The notes under the pieces: generated by a model
Databases searched by the model: none
What the model was told of the DNA's origin: nothing
The model's input: only the letters and a program-made list of their open reading frames with translations
Shown here: positions 1-9,053 of the stretch, in pieces
How positions within the stretch are numbered: the stretch's first letter is position 1
Layout of the letters: the number at the start of each line of letters is the position of its first letter
Origin: Bdellovibrionota bacterium
Lineage (GTDB): Bacteria; Bdellovibrionota_C; UBA2361
Direction of reading: 5' to 3'
Length of the DNA: 28,766 nt
NCBI GenBank assembly: GCA_044352465.1
Contig: JBILDU010000034.1
Coordinates: 1-28,766, forward strand
Program-made: the position numbers and the translations under genes

Positions 1-168
1 GGGCTCGGGGGGGGCGGAGTGTCTGCCAATTTACCGGGCCCGGGTAATCCCGCGAACAACTCTGTGGCTAGTCCGCCGCCGGCTTTGGGGCAGGGCTATG
101 GCCAGGTAGCTGCACCGACAAAGGGTGGAGTTTTAAACGGTTCGGATGGTACGGATGTGATAGCTTAG
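1..168 (+). CDS. 3' end of an upstream gene (partial); Gly/Pro/Ala-rich C-terminus, product unknown
   Basis: Frame 1 is open from base 1 to TAG at 166-168 (GLGGGGVSANLPGPGNPANNSVASPPPALGQGYGQVAAPTKGGVLNGSDGTDVIA*); no family recognised. Confidence 0.45.
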   Translation, partial: GLGGGGVSANLPGPGNPANNSVASPPPALGQGYGQVAAPTKGGVLNGSDGTDVIA

Positions 169-497
169 GGAGGGAGACTCTCCAGCTACCGGACAATATA
201 GCGCTTGAAAAAAGCTCTTCTCAACTGAGGAGGGGCCGTTCCCGTTTCCTTTACAGTGAATGTGGGGTCAGAGATAGTAATTTATCGCAGTGGGTTCTTT
301 ATCGATTCTCGACTTTACTTTCCTGCTTGGATCCATTGTTGAGCTCGCTCTCACTCCTTTGAGTGACCCCGACTGCTAATCCATCTCATGGTGGGCCGGC
401 TCTTCTCAGCGTACGGTCCGTTTCGAACATGTAGCGATCGCTCCTGCGACTGCCAGGGGGGGGCGATCGTCTGCGAAAAGAAACGTGTACTACTCCG

Positions 498-2813
498 ATG
501 CGCCTTATCGTCGTTTCGACTCGACTGCCGTGCTCTGTAATTCGCGGGGACGGCGAGCTGATCCTGGGCCGAAGCTCGGGTGGGGTAGCTTCGGGACTCG
601 CCGATTTCATCGGTGCCATTGAGTCCGCCGAGGGCGGGTCTCGGCAGGGGGAACCCCAACGAGACGGGCCTCGCCCAAGCGAGCACCTCTGGGTAGGCTG
701 GCCTGGTGGCGTCGTGCTCCCCGAGGAGCGTCGTCGCCTCGATCCTCTTTTCACCGAACGCCACCTCGTCCCGGTGTATCTGTCCGCGGTGGAGGAGGAG
801 CGTTTTTACGACGGATTCTCAAACCGCACCTTGTGGCCGCTGTGTCATTCCTTTCCCGAAGTGGCGCGGATAGAGCGGAGCTTGTTTGAGGGCTATAGCG
901 ACGTCAATCGGCGTTATGCTGAGGTTATTCAGCACATCTATCAACCGGATGATATCATCTGGGTACACGACTACCAGTTGATGCTTCTCCCGGGACTTCT
1001 CCGAAGCTTACTCCCCACTGCCACGATCGGATATTTTCACCATATACCTTTTCCAAGCGAACATCTCTTTGAGTTGTTGCCGACGGCGTGGCGTAGCGCC
1101 TTACTTGAGGGAGTTCTTGGAGCAAACGTTGTCGGATTTCATACAACCGATTACCTCGGTGCTTTTTTGAGGGCCGCACGACGATCACTTGGAGCAGCGC
1201 CGTACCTGGGCGAGTTCGCCCAGCCGACCCATCGGTGTCGAGCGGGGGTATTTCCGATGGGAATCGACGTTGAGCGGTTTGAAAGGCTCGCGGTAAGTCC
1301 GCTCACGAAGTTGGAGAGCGATCGCCTCACCGGATCTCTCGGCGATCGGAAGGTGGTTATCTCGATCGATCGACTCGACTATACCAAGGGAATTCTCGAA
1401 CGACTTCGGGCATTCAAGCGGTTTCTTGAGCTTCATCCCGAATGGCACGAACGGGTGAGCCTCGCGCTGATCGTCGTTCCCTCGCGTGTGGGGGTGTTCG
1501 ATTACCGAGCCACGAAGCGGGGAATCGAGCATTTAGTGGGGAGTATCACCGGTCAGTTCGCGACACCAACCTGGAATCCGGTGCTCTATCGCTACCGGAA
1601 TCTCGCCCCGGCAGAGTTGAGTGCGCTCTATCAACGGGGTGATGTAGCGCTCGTCACCCCGTTACGGGATGGTATGAATCTGGTGGCCAAAGAGTATGTC
1701 GCCTCGCGTCGCGATAATCCAGGAGTGCTCGTATTAAGCACCGTAGCTGGGGCCGCCCAGGAGTTGAGCGGCGCTCTCTTCGTGGAGCCCCGAGATGAAG
1801 ATGGGGTGGTGCGTGTGTTGAAGACGGCGCTGGAGATGCCCCGAGAGGAACGGTGTGAGCGTCATCGCGCGCTTTTAAAACAGGTGCGGGGCCGCACGGT
1901 GCATCGGTGGGGGGCCGACTTTCTTGAGGCGCTCGGTACCCCGTGCCGCGCGGCTCCACAAACAGGGTTGCTCACGGTTGCACGGGAGGTTGTCCCGCGG
2001 TTTCGTCAGGCGCGCCGTCGAATCGTATTCCTCGATTACGACGGAACCTTGCGATCTTTCGAGGCTAGGCCAGAAGCCGCGCGCCCCGATCGGGAGCTGC
2101 TTTTCCTCCTTGAGCGGCTTTCGACCCAGCCTGGAACGACGCTGGTGCTCGTGAGTGGGCGGGGTCGGGAAACGCTGGACCTCTGGTTCGGGCACCTACC
2201 GATCGGATTGGTGGGGGAACACGGTGGGGAGGTGCGCTCAACCGACGGGGTATGGTCGACTCGGGCGGATATAACAGTGGCGTGGAAGGACGCGGTACGC
2301 CCATATCTTGAGCGGTGTGTTGAGGCTGTTCCCGGCTCTTTTATCGAGGAGAAAAGAAGCGGGTTGGTGTGGCACTATCGAAGAGCTGAGGGAGCAGAGG
2401 CGATGCTCCGTTATGCCGAGAGCCGCGCTCATGAGCTCGCTGATTTTTTTCAAGTGTTTCTGGCGCAATCGGAGCTGCGGTTAATTCCGGGGAATCGTGC
2501 GCTCGAGATCCAGGTGAACGGTGTCGATAAGGGCAGCGCCGCACGAACGATGATTGAGTGCGGTGCGTATGACTATATCGCCGCATTTGGCGATGACTCA
2601 ACCGACGAGGATCTCTTTCGGGTGCTGCCGCATGATAGCGATACGGTGAAAGTCGGAGGGGGCGCCTCACGCGCGCGGTATCGTGTCGCCGATCCTGCCG
2701 AGGTACGTCTCCTGCTTGCTGATTGGGTCGCGCCTCACGTGGATGAGGCCGCCGAGAGCTATTTTGTTCCGAATAATCGATCGCCCGCGTCTCCGAGTCC
2801 TGGAACGATGTAG
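498..2813 (+). CDS. Bifunctional trehalose-6-phosphate synthase/phosphatase (GT20 OtsA domain fused to HAD OtsB domain)
   Basis: GT20 motifs [44 protein letters not shown] phosphatase motifs [27 protein letters not shown]. Confidence 0.96.
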   Translation: MRLIVVSTRLPCSVIRGDGELILGRSSGGVASGLADFIGAIESAEGGSRQGEPQRDGPRPSEHLWVGWPGGVVLPEERRRLDPLFTERHLVPVYLSAVEEERFYDGFSNRTLWPLCHSFPEVARIERSLFEGYSDVNRRYAEVIQHIYQPDDIIWVHDYQLMLLPGLLRSLLPTATIGYFHHIPFPSEHLFELLPTAWRSALLEGVLGANVVGFHTTDYLGAFLRAARRSLGAAPYLGEFAQPTHRCRAGVFPMGIDVERFERLAVSPLTKLESDRLTGSLGDRKVVISIDRLDYTKGILERLRAFKRFLELHPEWHERVSLALIVVPSRVGVFDYRATKRGIEHLVGSITGQFATPTWNPVLYRYRNLAPAELSALYQRGDVALVTPLRDGMNLVAKEYVASRRDNPGVLVLSTVAGAAQELSGALFVEPRDEDGVVRVLKTALEMPREERCERHRALLKQVRGRTVHRWGADFLEALGTPCRAAPQTGLLTVAREVVPRFRQARRRIVFLDYDGTLRSFEARPEAARPDRELLFLLERLSTQPGTTLVLVSGRGRETLDLWFGHLPIGLVGEHGGEVRSTDGVWSTRADITVAWKDAVRPYLERCVEAVPGSFIEEKRSGLVWHYRRAEGAEAMLRYAESRAHELADFFQVFLAQSELRLIPGNRALEIQVNGVDKGSAARTMIECGAYDYIAAFGDDSTDEDLFRVLPHDSDTVKVGGGASRARYRVADPAEVRLLLADWVAPHVDEAAESYFVPNNRSPASPSPGTM

Positions 2814-3397
2814 GCATGATCGTTGAGTCGTTCGTCGACTGCGACGGTGAGGATCCGCACCTCGGGGTGGTCGGCGTGGAAGTTCTTAATACCTTCGGGG
2901 GCAGCGAGAAGGCTGACAAAGCGGATCGATTTCGGCTGGAGACTTTTAATTCTACTTACTGCAGCAGCCGCTGAGTTACCGGTAGCGAGCATCGGATCAA
3001 CGACGATGACGTCGCGGTCGGAGAGGTTCTCCGGCACTTTGAAATAATATTCGACCGGAACAAGGGTCTTCGGGTCGCGGTAGAGGCCGATATGTCCTAT
3101 CCGAGCTGAGGGGATGACGTCGATCATCCCGTCCAAGATGCCATTTCCAGCTCGGAGCACTGAGATAATGACGATCTTTTTACCTTCGATCATCGGGGCC
3201 TGCATGGTTGCAACCGGGGTCTCGATCTCAACGTGATGGAGAGGGAGGTCTGCGGTCGCCTCATAAGCCAGGAATGCGCTGATCTCCCGAAGCAGTCGGC
3301 GGAAATCGCTCGAGGGGGTCTCTTTTTGGCGCATCAGGGTCAGTTTGTGTTGGACTAACGGGTGGCTGACCACGTGGACATTGGAGAAATGTTGCAT
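2759..3397 (-). CDS. upp: Uracil phosphoribosyltransferase (URC6 equivalent in this operon)
   Basis: [28 protein letters not shown]-binding [27 protein letters not shown]; start moved to ATG at 3397 (MQHFSN), which follows a GAGG RBS. Confidence 0.97.
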   Translation of the reverse strand: MQHFSNVHVVSHPLVQHKLTLMRQKETPSSDFRRLLREISAFLAYEATADLPLHHVEIETPVATMQAPMIEGKKIVIISVLRAGNGILDGMIDVIPSARIGHIGLYRDPKTLVPVEYYFKVPENLSDRDVIVVDPMLATGNSAAAAVSRIKSLQPKSIRFVSLLAAPEGIKNFHADHPEVRILTVAVDERLNDHAYIVPGLGDAGDRLFGTK

Positions 3398-3410
3398 AAA
3401 AATCCTCAAT

Positions 3411-4661
3411 TTAAAAAACGGTACCGTCGCTGATGATAGAGAGGGGTGGGCCACCTCCGGGCCGACGCTCTTTGGCGACGACCCGCCCGGCGGTCCAGGT
3501 GCCGCCTTGAAGCACCCGGGCGAGGGGAAACTGCTCCGCAGTAAAGCCGAGCTTTTCTCGTACCCGCGCTGCTACCTCGTCGAGAAGGGCCACGGTGAGG
3601 GCGCGCCATTCAATAATCGCTTCGTGCGACGGGGGGAGGGGAACCGTCAAGAGCTGCGGGTCGCGCGGAACGATGACGCCCAGATCGACTAATAACCCAC
3701 CGTTTCGGTACTCAGCGAGTCCCGTGAGTTGATCCATCTGCGTGATCTGGACCCCCATCTCTTCGAGCGGCTCGAGGAGTGAGTAGGTGAGCCATTGTGA
3801 AAGTTTGTGGAAAGGGACGAGGTTTTCCTCAAGGGTTTGGCCACCGAGCTTCGCGTGGGGCCACGTATCTCCCAGGTTGGTGCCTTCAAGGGATAGTCGT
3901 GCCGGCCAGATCGGTCCAAGTCCGCGGAGGATCGATTTAAGAAGGTCGGGTGCAGCGATCTCGCGTTGTCCCTCCTGGATGAGCGTCGCGGCGAGCCCAC
4001 CCGGGCGAGCGGGCGCGGAACCAAAAAAGTGCGGTGCTCTTTCGAGTGCTTCGGCGAGGCTTTGGAGGAGTGCGAGCCGGCCCTCAAGTCCGAGGAGTGG
4101 GTTATACTCCGATACCTGGAACGCCTTGGCGAGTTCCTCATGCGAGAGTCGCCGCAGGCCCACGCTGTCCACCTGATACGGATTGCGTGGATCGGACGAC
4201 AATGCGCCTGACATAAAAAGATGGAAGCTCACGACCGCAAGCCCCTCAGAGCGACTGAAGGTCCCCCCTGTATTTGGCTCCACAAAATGCCAGGCATCTC
4301 CGGCTCCGGCATCGAGGAGAACGCTGACGATCGCGAGGTCGAGCTTTGCTCGAGCTCGGCCAAGCGGGGTGAAGGCTCGGAGCGCCTCGTTTAATGTCTC
4401 AGTGCGTTTCACTCCGCCCACATCAAAGTGCCGCCACCGGCTATGGTACGGGATCTTGAGGTCGGGATACTCCCGCTTCGTTACCTCGAGCACGAAGTCC
4501 GCTACAGCGCCGATCTTTCCATCGTCGACGGTCCAGTGATTCAGCTCGCCGCGACGCGCGAGGGCGAGCAGGGCGCCGCAGCGGTCACGCACCGCTTGAG
4601 CTGAGAGGAGATAGTCGATTCCAGTCGTGCGGGTACGAGGATCCGTTGATCGGTCACTCAT
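3411..4661 (-). CDS. URC4/urg3-family protein (DUF1688), uracil catabolism
   Basis: [65 protein letters not shown]-terminal SDGTVF; 8-nt overlap with the URC1-like gene. Confidence 0.92.
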   Translation of the reverse strand: MSDRSTDPRTRTTGIDYLLSAQAVRDRCGALLALARRGELNHWTVDDGKIGAVADFVLEVTKREYPDLKIPYHSRWRHFDVGGVKRTETLNEALRAFTPLGRARAKLDLAIVSVLLDAGAGDAWHFVEPNTGGTFSRSEGLAVVSFHLFMSGALSSDPRNPYQVDSVGLRRLSHEELAKAFQVSEYNPLLGLEGRLALLQSLAEALERAPHFFGSAPARPGGLAATLIQEGQREIAAPDLLKSILRGLGPIWPARLSLEGTNLGDTWPHAKLGGQTLEENLVPFHKLSQWLTYSLLEPLEEMGVQITQMDQLTGLAEYRNGGLLVDLGVIVPRDPQLLTVPLPPSHEAIIEWRALTVALLDEVAARVREKLGFTAEQFPLARVLQGGTWTAGRVVAKERRPGGGPPLSIISDGTVF

Positions 4662-5910
4662 GGAGACCCCGTCCTTTCGCCTTCGCGAGCTCAGCCTTGT
4701 CGGGAACGGTATCGGGAGCGAAGTAGCCCGCCGCTTTTTTTGCGTCCATTTCGACCCAGGCGTCTGGCGGAATGAGCTCAGCAGGGATCGAAACCCGCTC
4801 CCGAATCGATATGCCCGACTGCGTGACCGAATCGTACTTCATGTTGCTCATCGAGACGAATCGATCGATATGGGTGATGCCGAGCCAATGGAGCACATCG
4901 GGCATGAGCTCTTGGAAGCGCATGTCTTGAACGCCCGCGATACATTCGGTGCGCTCGAAATAACGCTCCGCTCGATCGCCACCCTCTTGGCGTTTGCGGG
5001 CATTATAGACTAAAAATTTGGTCACCTCGCCGAGCGCACGACCCTCTTTGCGATTATAGACGATGAGACCGGTGCCACCTTTTTGGGCGCTTTCGATGCA
5101 CACCTCAATTCCGTGAGCGAGATACGGACGGCAGGTGCAGATATCCGACCCAAACACATCGGATCCATTACACTCATCGTGTACCCGCACCGCAAGCGGG
5201 ACGGCGGGATCGTGGATCTTTGAGACATCGCCGAAGAAGTAGAGGGTCATTCCCCCGATCGGTGGCAAAAACACGGCGAGATCTGGTCGGGTAACAAGCT
5301 CTGGGAACATCCCACCGGTATGCTCAAAGAGGCCCCGCCGGAGCGCCGATTCGGTGACGCCGAATCGTTCGGCGATTCCGGGGAGGTACCATACCGGTTC
5401 GATAGCGGCTTTGGTGACGATGCAGTCCCCCCGCGCGGAGAGGGTCTGGCCGTCCGGTTTCAGTCGGCCCGCCTCGATCGCGGCGGTGAGCTCGGGCATG
5501 TTGATATGCGCCTTGGTCACAGCGATCGTGGGGCGAATGTCGTACCCCTTTTCGATGAGCTCTTTGTACGCCGAGCTAATCACTGCGCCGAACGGGTCGA
5601 GAGAGACGATCTTCTTGGGGTCTCCCCACGTCCCGTGGGGGCCAATAGGTACCACCGGAGCGGTGTTGGTGAGGTCAGCGCGGTGATCGGGGTCGAGGCT
5701 GCCTGCAGCGACCGCCAGGGCGCGATACACCGCATATGAGCCGGCGTGTGTGCCGATGCAGTTCCGGTGCGCTTGGTTGGTGACGGTCCCGATAATCGGT
5801 CCCCGGGTCGCTGGGTCGGCGGCACCCCACTGAATCGGAAAATAGGCCTGCCCCGCAGCGCCGGGGTGTGAGGTCAAGATGATGTGTTTGCTCTTTTGGT
5901 TACCGGTCAC
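4654..5910 (-). CDS. URC1/urg1-type GTP cyclohydrolase II-like protein
   Basis: N-terminal extension (HIILTSHP, RGPIIG, RNCIGTHAGSYAVYRALAVA) plus GCH-II core VRVHDECNGSDVFGSDICTCRPYL and RKEGRALGEVTK; likely start is GTG at 5910 after AAGGAG (418 aa) rather than the track's 5994. Confidence 0.92.
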   Translation of the reverse strand: MTGNQKSKHIILTSHPGAAGQAYFPIQWGAADPATRGPIIGTVTNQAHRNCIGTHAGSYAVYRALAVAAGSLDPDHRADLTNTAPVVPIGPHGTWGDPKKIVSLDPFGAVISSAYKELIEKGYDIRPTIAVTKAHINMPELTAAIEAGRLKPDGQTLSARGDCIVTKAAIEPVWYLPGIAERFGVTESALRRGLFEHTGGMFPELVTRPDLAVFLPPIGGMTLYFFGDVSKIHDPAVPLAVRVHDECNGSDVFGSDICTCRPYLAHGIEVCIESAQKGGTGLIVYNRKEGRALGEVTKFLVYNARKRQEGGDRAERYFERTECIAGVQDMRFQELMPDVLHWLGITHIDRFVSMSNMKYDSVTQSGISIRERVSIPAELIPPDAWVEMDAKKAAGYFAPDTVPDKAELAKAKGRGLHE

Positions 5911-5957
5911 GCCTCTTTTCTCCTTTAAAATAGCTGGTATTGATCCGTCAGAGGCTT

Positions 5958-7439
5958 TTAACTCATCCACGTGGCGTCTTTCTGTTCGCTCCATTTCGTC
6001 GTGATCTTCTTTTGATTCGACCAGAAATCGAGGGCGCCCTCCCCGGTGATATCGCCGTGTCCAAATTTCGACTCCTTGGTGCCGCCGAACGAGAACGGCT
6101 CGCGTGGCACCGGTACTCCGATGTTGATTCCCACCATCCCTGACGTTGCTGCGCTCGCGACGTGGTTGGCCACGTTACCCGAGGTGGTGAAGACGGATGT
6201 CGCGTTGCCGAAGGGACTACGGGACTCTTTCGCGAGTGCTTCGCTGAGCGACGAGAATCGCATGATGGTAAGCACCGGCCCGAATATCTCGGTTTCAACA
6301 CACGCCATCCCTTCACGGGCGTGATCAATCACGGTAGGCCCAAGCCAATATCCCCCCTCGTATCCGGGCGGGGGGGGAGCGGTGCGACCGTCAAGCCGCA
6401 GTATCGCACCCTCACTGGCTGCTGCGCCGATAATATTTGAGATTCGCGTGTGTGCGGTGCTGTCGATGATCGCTCCGAGACAGTCTCCGGGGATGAGGGC
6501 GCGCGCGCGCGCAACGATCTTTTCGATGAGACCGTCCACCTCGCCCACCGCCAGGAGGAGGCTTGCCGCCATACACCGTTGCCCTGCGCAGCCGGTAAAC
6601 GAATCAACGACCCCACGGACCGTGACATCCTCATCGGCATCCGGAACGAGGATGACGTGATTTTTTGCTCCACCGAGGCAGAGGGCGCGTTTGCCGAGGG
6701 ATGTGGCGCGGGTGTAGACCGCGCGGGCAACCGGGGTCGAGCCGACGAATCCGATCGCTTTAACGTGGGGATGATCGATCAGCGCCTCAACTGCTTCGCG
6801 GTCGCCGTTGACGACCGAGAATACGCCCGGGGGGAAGTCCGCATCGCGCATCGCTTCAGCGAGGTAAGACGCCGTGAGCGGAACTTTTTCAGAGGCTTTC
6901 AAAACGAAGGAGTTGCCGAGGGCGATGGCGATCGGAAACATCCACATCGGCACCATGCCGGGGAAGTTAAACGGCGCGATCCCCGCAACGACTCCGAGTG
7001 GTTCGCGGGCATAGTGGCAGGTGACACCCCGGCTTACCTCCATAAGCGCGCCGGAATCGAGATTTTGAAGGCTGAGGGCAAACTCAACCACTTCAATCCC
7101 TTTGAGTATTTCGGCCCGGCCTTCGGCTACAGTTTTGCCCGCCTCAGCAGCTGCCCGGTGAGCGAACTCATCGAGTCTTTGAAGGAGAATCGCCCGAAAG
7201 TTAAAAAGCCGTTGCGCACGTTCCTTCAGTGGCGTGGCGCGCCAGGCCGGAAATGCGGCGTGAGCTGTGTCAACAATTCGGCTGATATCGGCACCGTTCG
7301 ATAGCGCAACTTCGCCGATCTTGAGCCCGGTGTACGGTGACTCGACCGCCACATATCTCCCGGTTGAAGGGGGGAGAAACGCTCCACCGCTAAAATTATC
7401 ACAGCGGCGAAAAGAGGGGGTTTGAACCAGGGTAGCCAC
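5958..7439 (-). CDS. mmsA: CoA-acylating (methyl)malonate-semialdehyde dehydrogenase (MmsA/IolA family)
   Basis: PFNFPGMVPMWMFP, KASEKVP, GFVGST, LGGAKNH, catalytic AGQRCMA, EIFGPVL, GINIGVPVP, FSFGG; GTG start at 7439 (or TTG at 7442) after GGAGG. Confidence 0.93.
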   Translation of the reverse strand: MATLVQTPSFRRCDNFSGGAFLPPSTGRYVAVESPYTGLKIGEVALSNGADISRIVDTAHAAFPAWRATPLKERAQRLFNFRAILLQRLDEFAHRAAAEAGKTVAEGRAEILKGIEVVEFALSLQNLDSGALMEVSRGVTCHYAREPLGVVAGIAPFNFPGMVPMWMFPIAIALGNSFVLKASEKVPLTASYLAEAMRDADFPPGVFSVVNGDREAVEALIDHPHVKAIGFVGSTPVARAVYTRATSLGKRALCLGGAKNHVILVPDADEDVTVRGVVDSFTGCAGQRCMAASLLLAVGEVDGLIEKIVARARALIPGDCLGAIIDSTAHTRISNIIGAAASEGAILRLDGRTAPPPPGYEGGYWLGPTVIDHAREGMACVETEIFGPVLTIMRFSSLSEALAKESRSPFGNATSVFTTSGNVANHVASAATSGMVGINIGVPVPREPFSFGGTKESKFGHGDITGEGALDFWSNQKKITTKWSEQKDATWMS

Positions 7440-7597
7440 CAAAAAACCTCCGTAAGAGTGATTTTAAGATTCGCCGGGTCAGCGATTCGTTACGCTAAAA
7501 GAGGGCGGTCGGGGGAAACGTTAACCATCCCTACAAGCATAATGAGGGGCTTTTCGGGAGGGAAGAGAAATCGCGCGGGGCGAGCGTGGGAAATCAG

Positions 7598-7629
7598 GGG
7601 GTATCGATAGTCTAACTGCTCGATACCCC
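7598..7629 (-). terminator. Probable terminator hairpin of the 7635-8426 gene, upstream of the URC operon
   Basis: Perfect 10-bp inverted repeat GGGGTATCGA(7598-7607)/TCGATACCCC(7620-7629) 5 nt after the stop codon; U-tail is weak. Confidence 0.5.
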
Positions 7630-7634
7630 AGCGA

Positions 7635-8426
7635 TTATTCAGCTGGTGGAGGTGTCGACTGGCTCTTACTCCGTACGCGTAAGCCTAACGCGTGGAGTCC
7701 GCCAAAAAGCGCAGTTCCACCCAGCATCGAGAGGAGGGCAGGGGTCGCGTACGTCTCCGGGTAGGTGTACCCGAGGAGTCCTAAGATAATGTTCGGATAG
7801 AACACCGACATCGTCCCCCGCATGTAGTTTTCGGGTAAAACGACGCTGCCGTTGTCGTTGACGACCTTCGTGGTGCACCGTTCCTCGATCCCGATCATAA
7901 AGCGACCTTGGGCGATGCAGAAGGCGGCGAGACCCAGGATTCCGGTGAGCATTTCTCCTCCCCCGGCGGCGACCCCGATGTAGGCGAGGCTGCACCCGAT
8001 ACCGGTGGCGGCAGTTATATGGGCCCGTCCAAGCATCGCATTGACGTCGGGGGGAGGCGTGCTCGCTCTGGGTGGTGGGGGTGGGCTCTCCTGCGAGGGA
8101 GGCTCTGATCGCTTCTCCGCCGGTGCATGGGGGAGGGTGGCGTGACTGAGTATGTCCTCTCTCTGAGAGGGGATAGACTGCTCTGGAGTTTCGTCTTGTC
8201 GGGGTGTGAGCGGCTGCTTTTCGGGAATCAAGGCTGCTACTTTAAAGTTGATAAACCGGACGCTGGATACGAGAAGTGGTTTCGAAAACCGCCCGAAGCC
8301 CATTTTCGAAGCCACAAAGATTATTATGGGGGCTACTCCCCCCATCAGATACGGAGTCGCCCTTTTAGGCTGCATCAAAAGATCGCGCCTTAGGTTATAT
8401 TCGAATTGGTTGAATTTTTGAGGCAC
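7635..8426 (-). CDS. Hypothetical membrane protein (Pro-rich region followed by several hydrophobic segments); true start probably downstream of the track's 8426
   Basis: Longest ORF in the gap; PPSQESPPPPPRASTPPP then hydrophobic Gly/Ala-rich stretches; 5' part overlaps strong inverted repeats (8276-8366) and may be non-coding. Confidence 0.55.
   Translation of the reverse strand: MPQKFNQFEYNLRRDLLMQPKRATPYLMGGVAPIIIFVASKMGFGRFSKPLLVSSVRFINFKVAALIPEKQPLTPRQDETPEQSIPSQREDILSHATLPHAPAEKRSEPPSQESPPPPPRASTPPPDVNAMLGRAHITAATGIGCSLAYIGVAAGGGEMLTGILGLAAFCIAQGRFMIGIEERCTTKVVNDNGSVVLPENYMRGTMSVFYPNIILGLLGYTYPETYATPALLSMLGGTALFGGLHALGLRVRSKSQSTPPPAE
8276..8366 (+). promoter_or_regulatory. Structured leader-like element: 13-bp inverted repeat plus terminator-like hairpin with an alternative pairing
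   Basis: GTGGTTTCGAAAA(8276-8288)/TTTTCGAAGCCAC(8303-8315); GGGCTACTCC(8330-8339)/GGAGTCGCCC(8353-8362) followed by TTTT; competing stem ATGGGGG(8326-8332)/CCCCCAT(8339-8345). Confidence 0.4.
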
Positions 8427-8429
8427 ACC

Positions 8430-9014
8430 ATGGCGATTCCGCTATCCGTCTTGCCCGACGCGCCCTCGTTCCGAGACCTTTTTGCCACCCCACCGATTTT
8501 GCTCACCCGCGATTGGTTTCATGAGGAGCTCACCACACCGTTAGCGGTCTTTCTGGGTGTGGGGGGCAGGCAACTTCTGTTTGGTGCGACGGTTCGTGCT
8601 GCGCCGTGGTGTGAACCTGCAAGGCCCGGTGATTTTATCGAGGGATTGTGGGAACGCGATGTCGTTGAACTCTTTCTTGGGGAGCCGGGCACCCCCCGAT
8701 ATCAAGAGTTCAACCTCAGCCCCCGTGGGGCGTGGTGGACGGTGAGTCTCTCCGCGTATCGGGTGCGGATGGAGACACGCCCAATGCCCGGTGTGCGATG
8801 TTTCTCTGAGGTGAACGCTGGCGGTTGGCGGGCAGCGCTTGCGCTTCCGCTCGATGAGCTCTCTATTCGGTGGGAGCTCCTCAACGGCGGGACCATGAAT
8901 GTCACGGCGATTCAGGGTCACCCCCAACGTTTTGTGACGGCGGTGGATCTCGGTGGGGGCGAACCGGATTTCCACCGTGCGGAGCGATTTCTGCGCCCTG
9001 CGATGGCAAGCTGA
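8430..9014 (+). CDS. DOMON-like / CBM9-like domain protein
   Basis: GLWERDVVELFL..YQEFNLSPRGAWW and C-terminal PDFH pattern; ATG at 8430 follows GAGG. Confidence 0.7.
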   Translation: MAIPLSVLPDAPSFRDLFATPPILLTRDWFHEELTTPLAVFLGVGGRQLLFGATVRAAPWCEPARPGDFIEGLWERDVVELFLGEPGTPRYQEFNLSPRGAWWTVSLSAYRVRMETRPMPGVRCFSEVNAGGWRAALALPLDELSIRWELLNGGTMNVTAIQGHPQRFVTAVDLGGGEPDFHRAERFLRPAMAS

Positions 9015-9053
9015 GTAAGAGACTCGTTGCGCCCGTGTGTACGCCGATCGGTA

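Noticed and set aside
208..240. Terminator after the partial first gene
   Set aside because: Stem relies on several G-U pairs and lacks an adjacent U-tract on the + strand
4654..5910. Annotation as riboflavin-pathway ribA
   Set aside because: Long URC1-type N-terminal extension and URC4/upp context; no rib genes nearby
6450..7304. 284-aa + strand ORF and similar long antisense ORFs (e.g. 10915-11616, 13065-13616, 20741-21346, 23978-24700)
   Set aside because: They lie opposite well-supported genes and have no family motifs; typical shadow ORFs of GC-rich coding DNA
8326..8345. GGGGAGTAGC on the minus strand resembling the yybP-ykoY riboswitch 5' motif
   Set aside because: The other conserved yybP-ykoY elements are not visible downstream and no Mn-related gene follows
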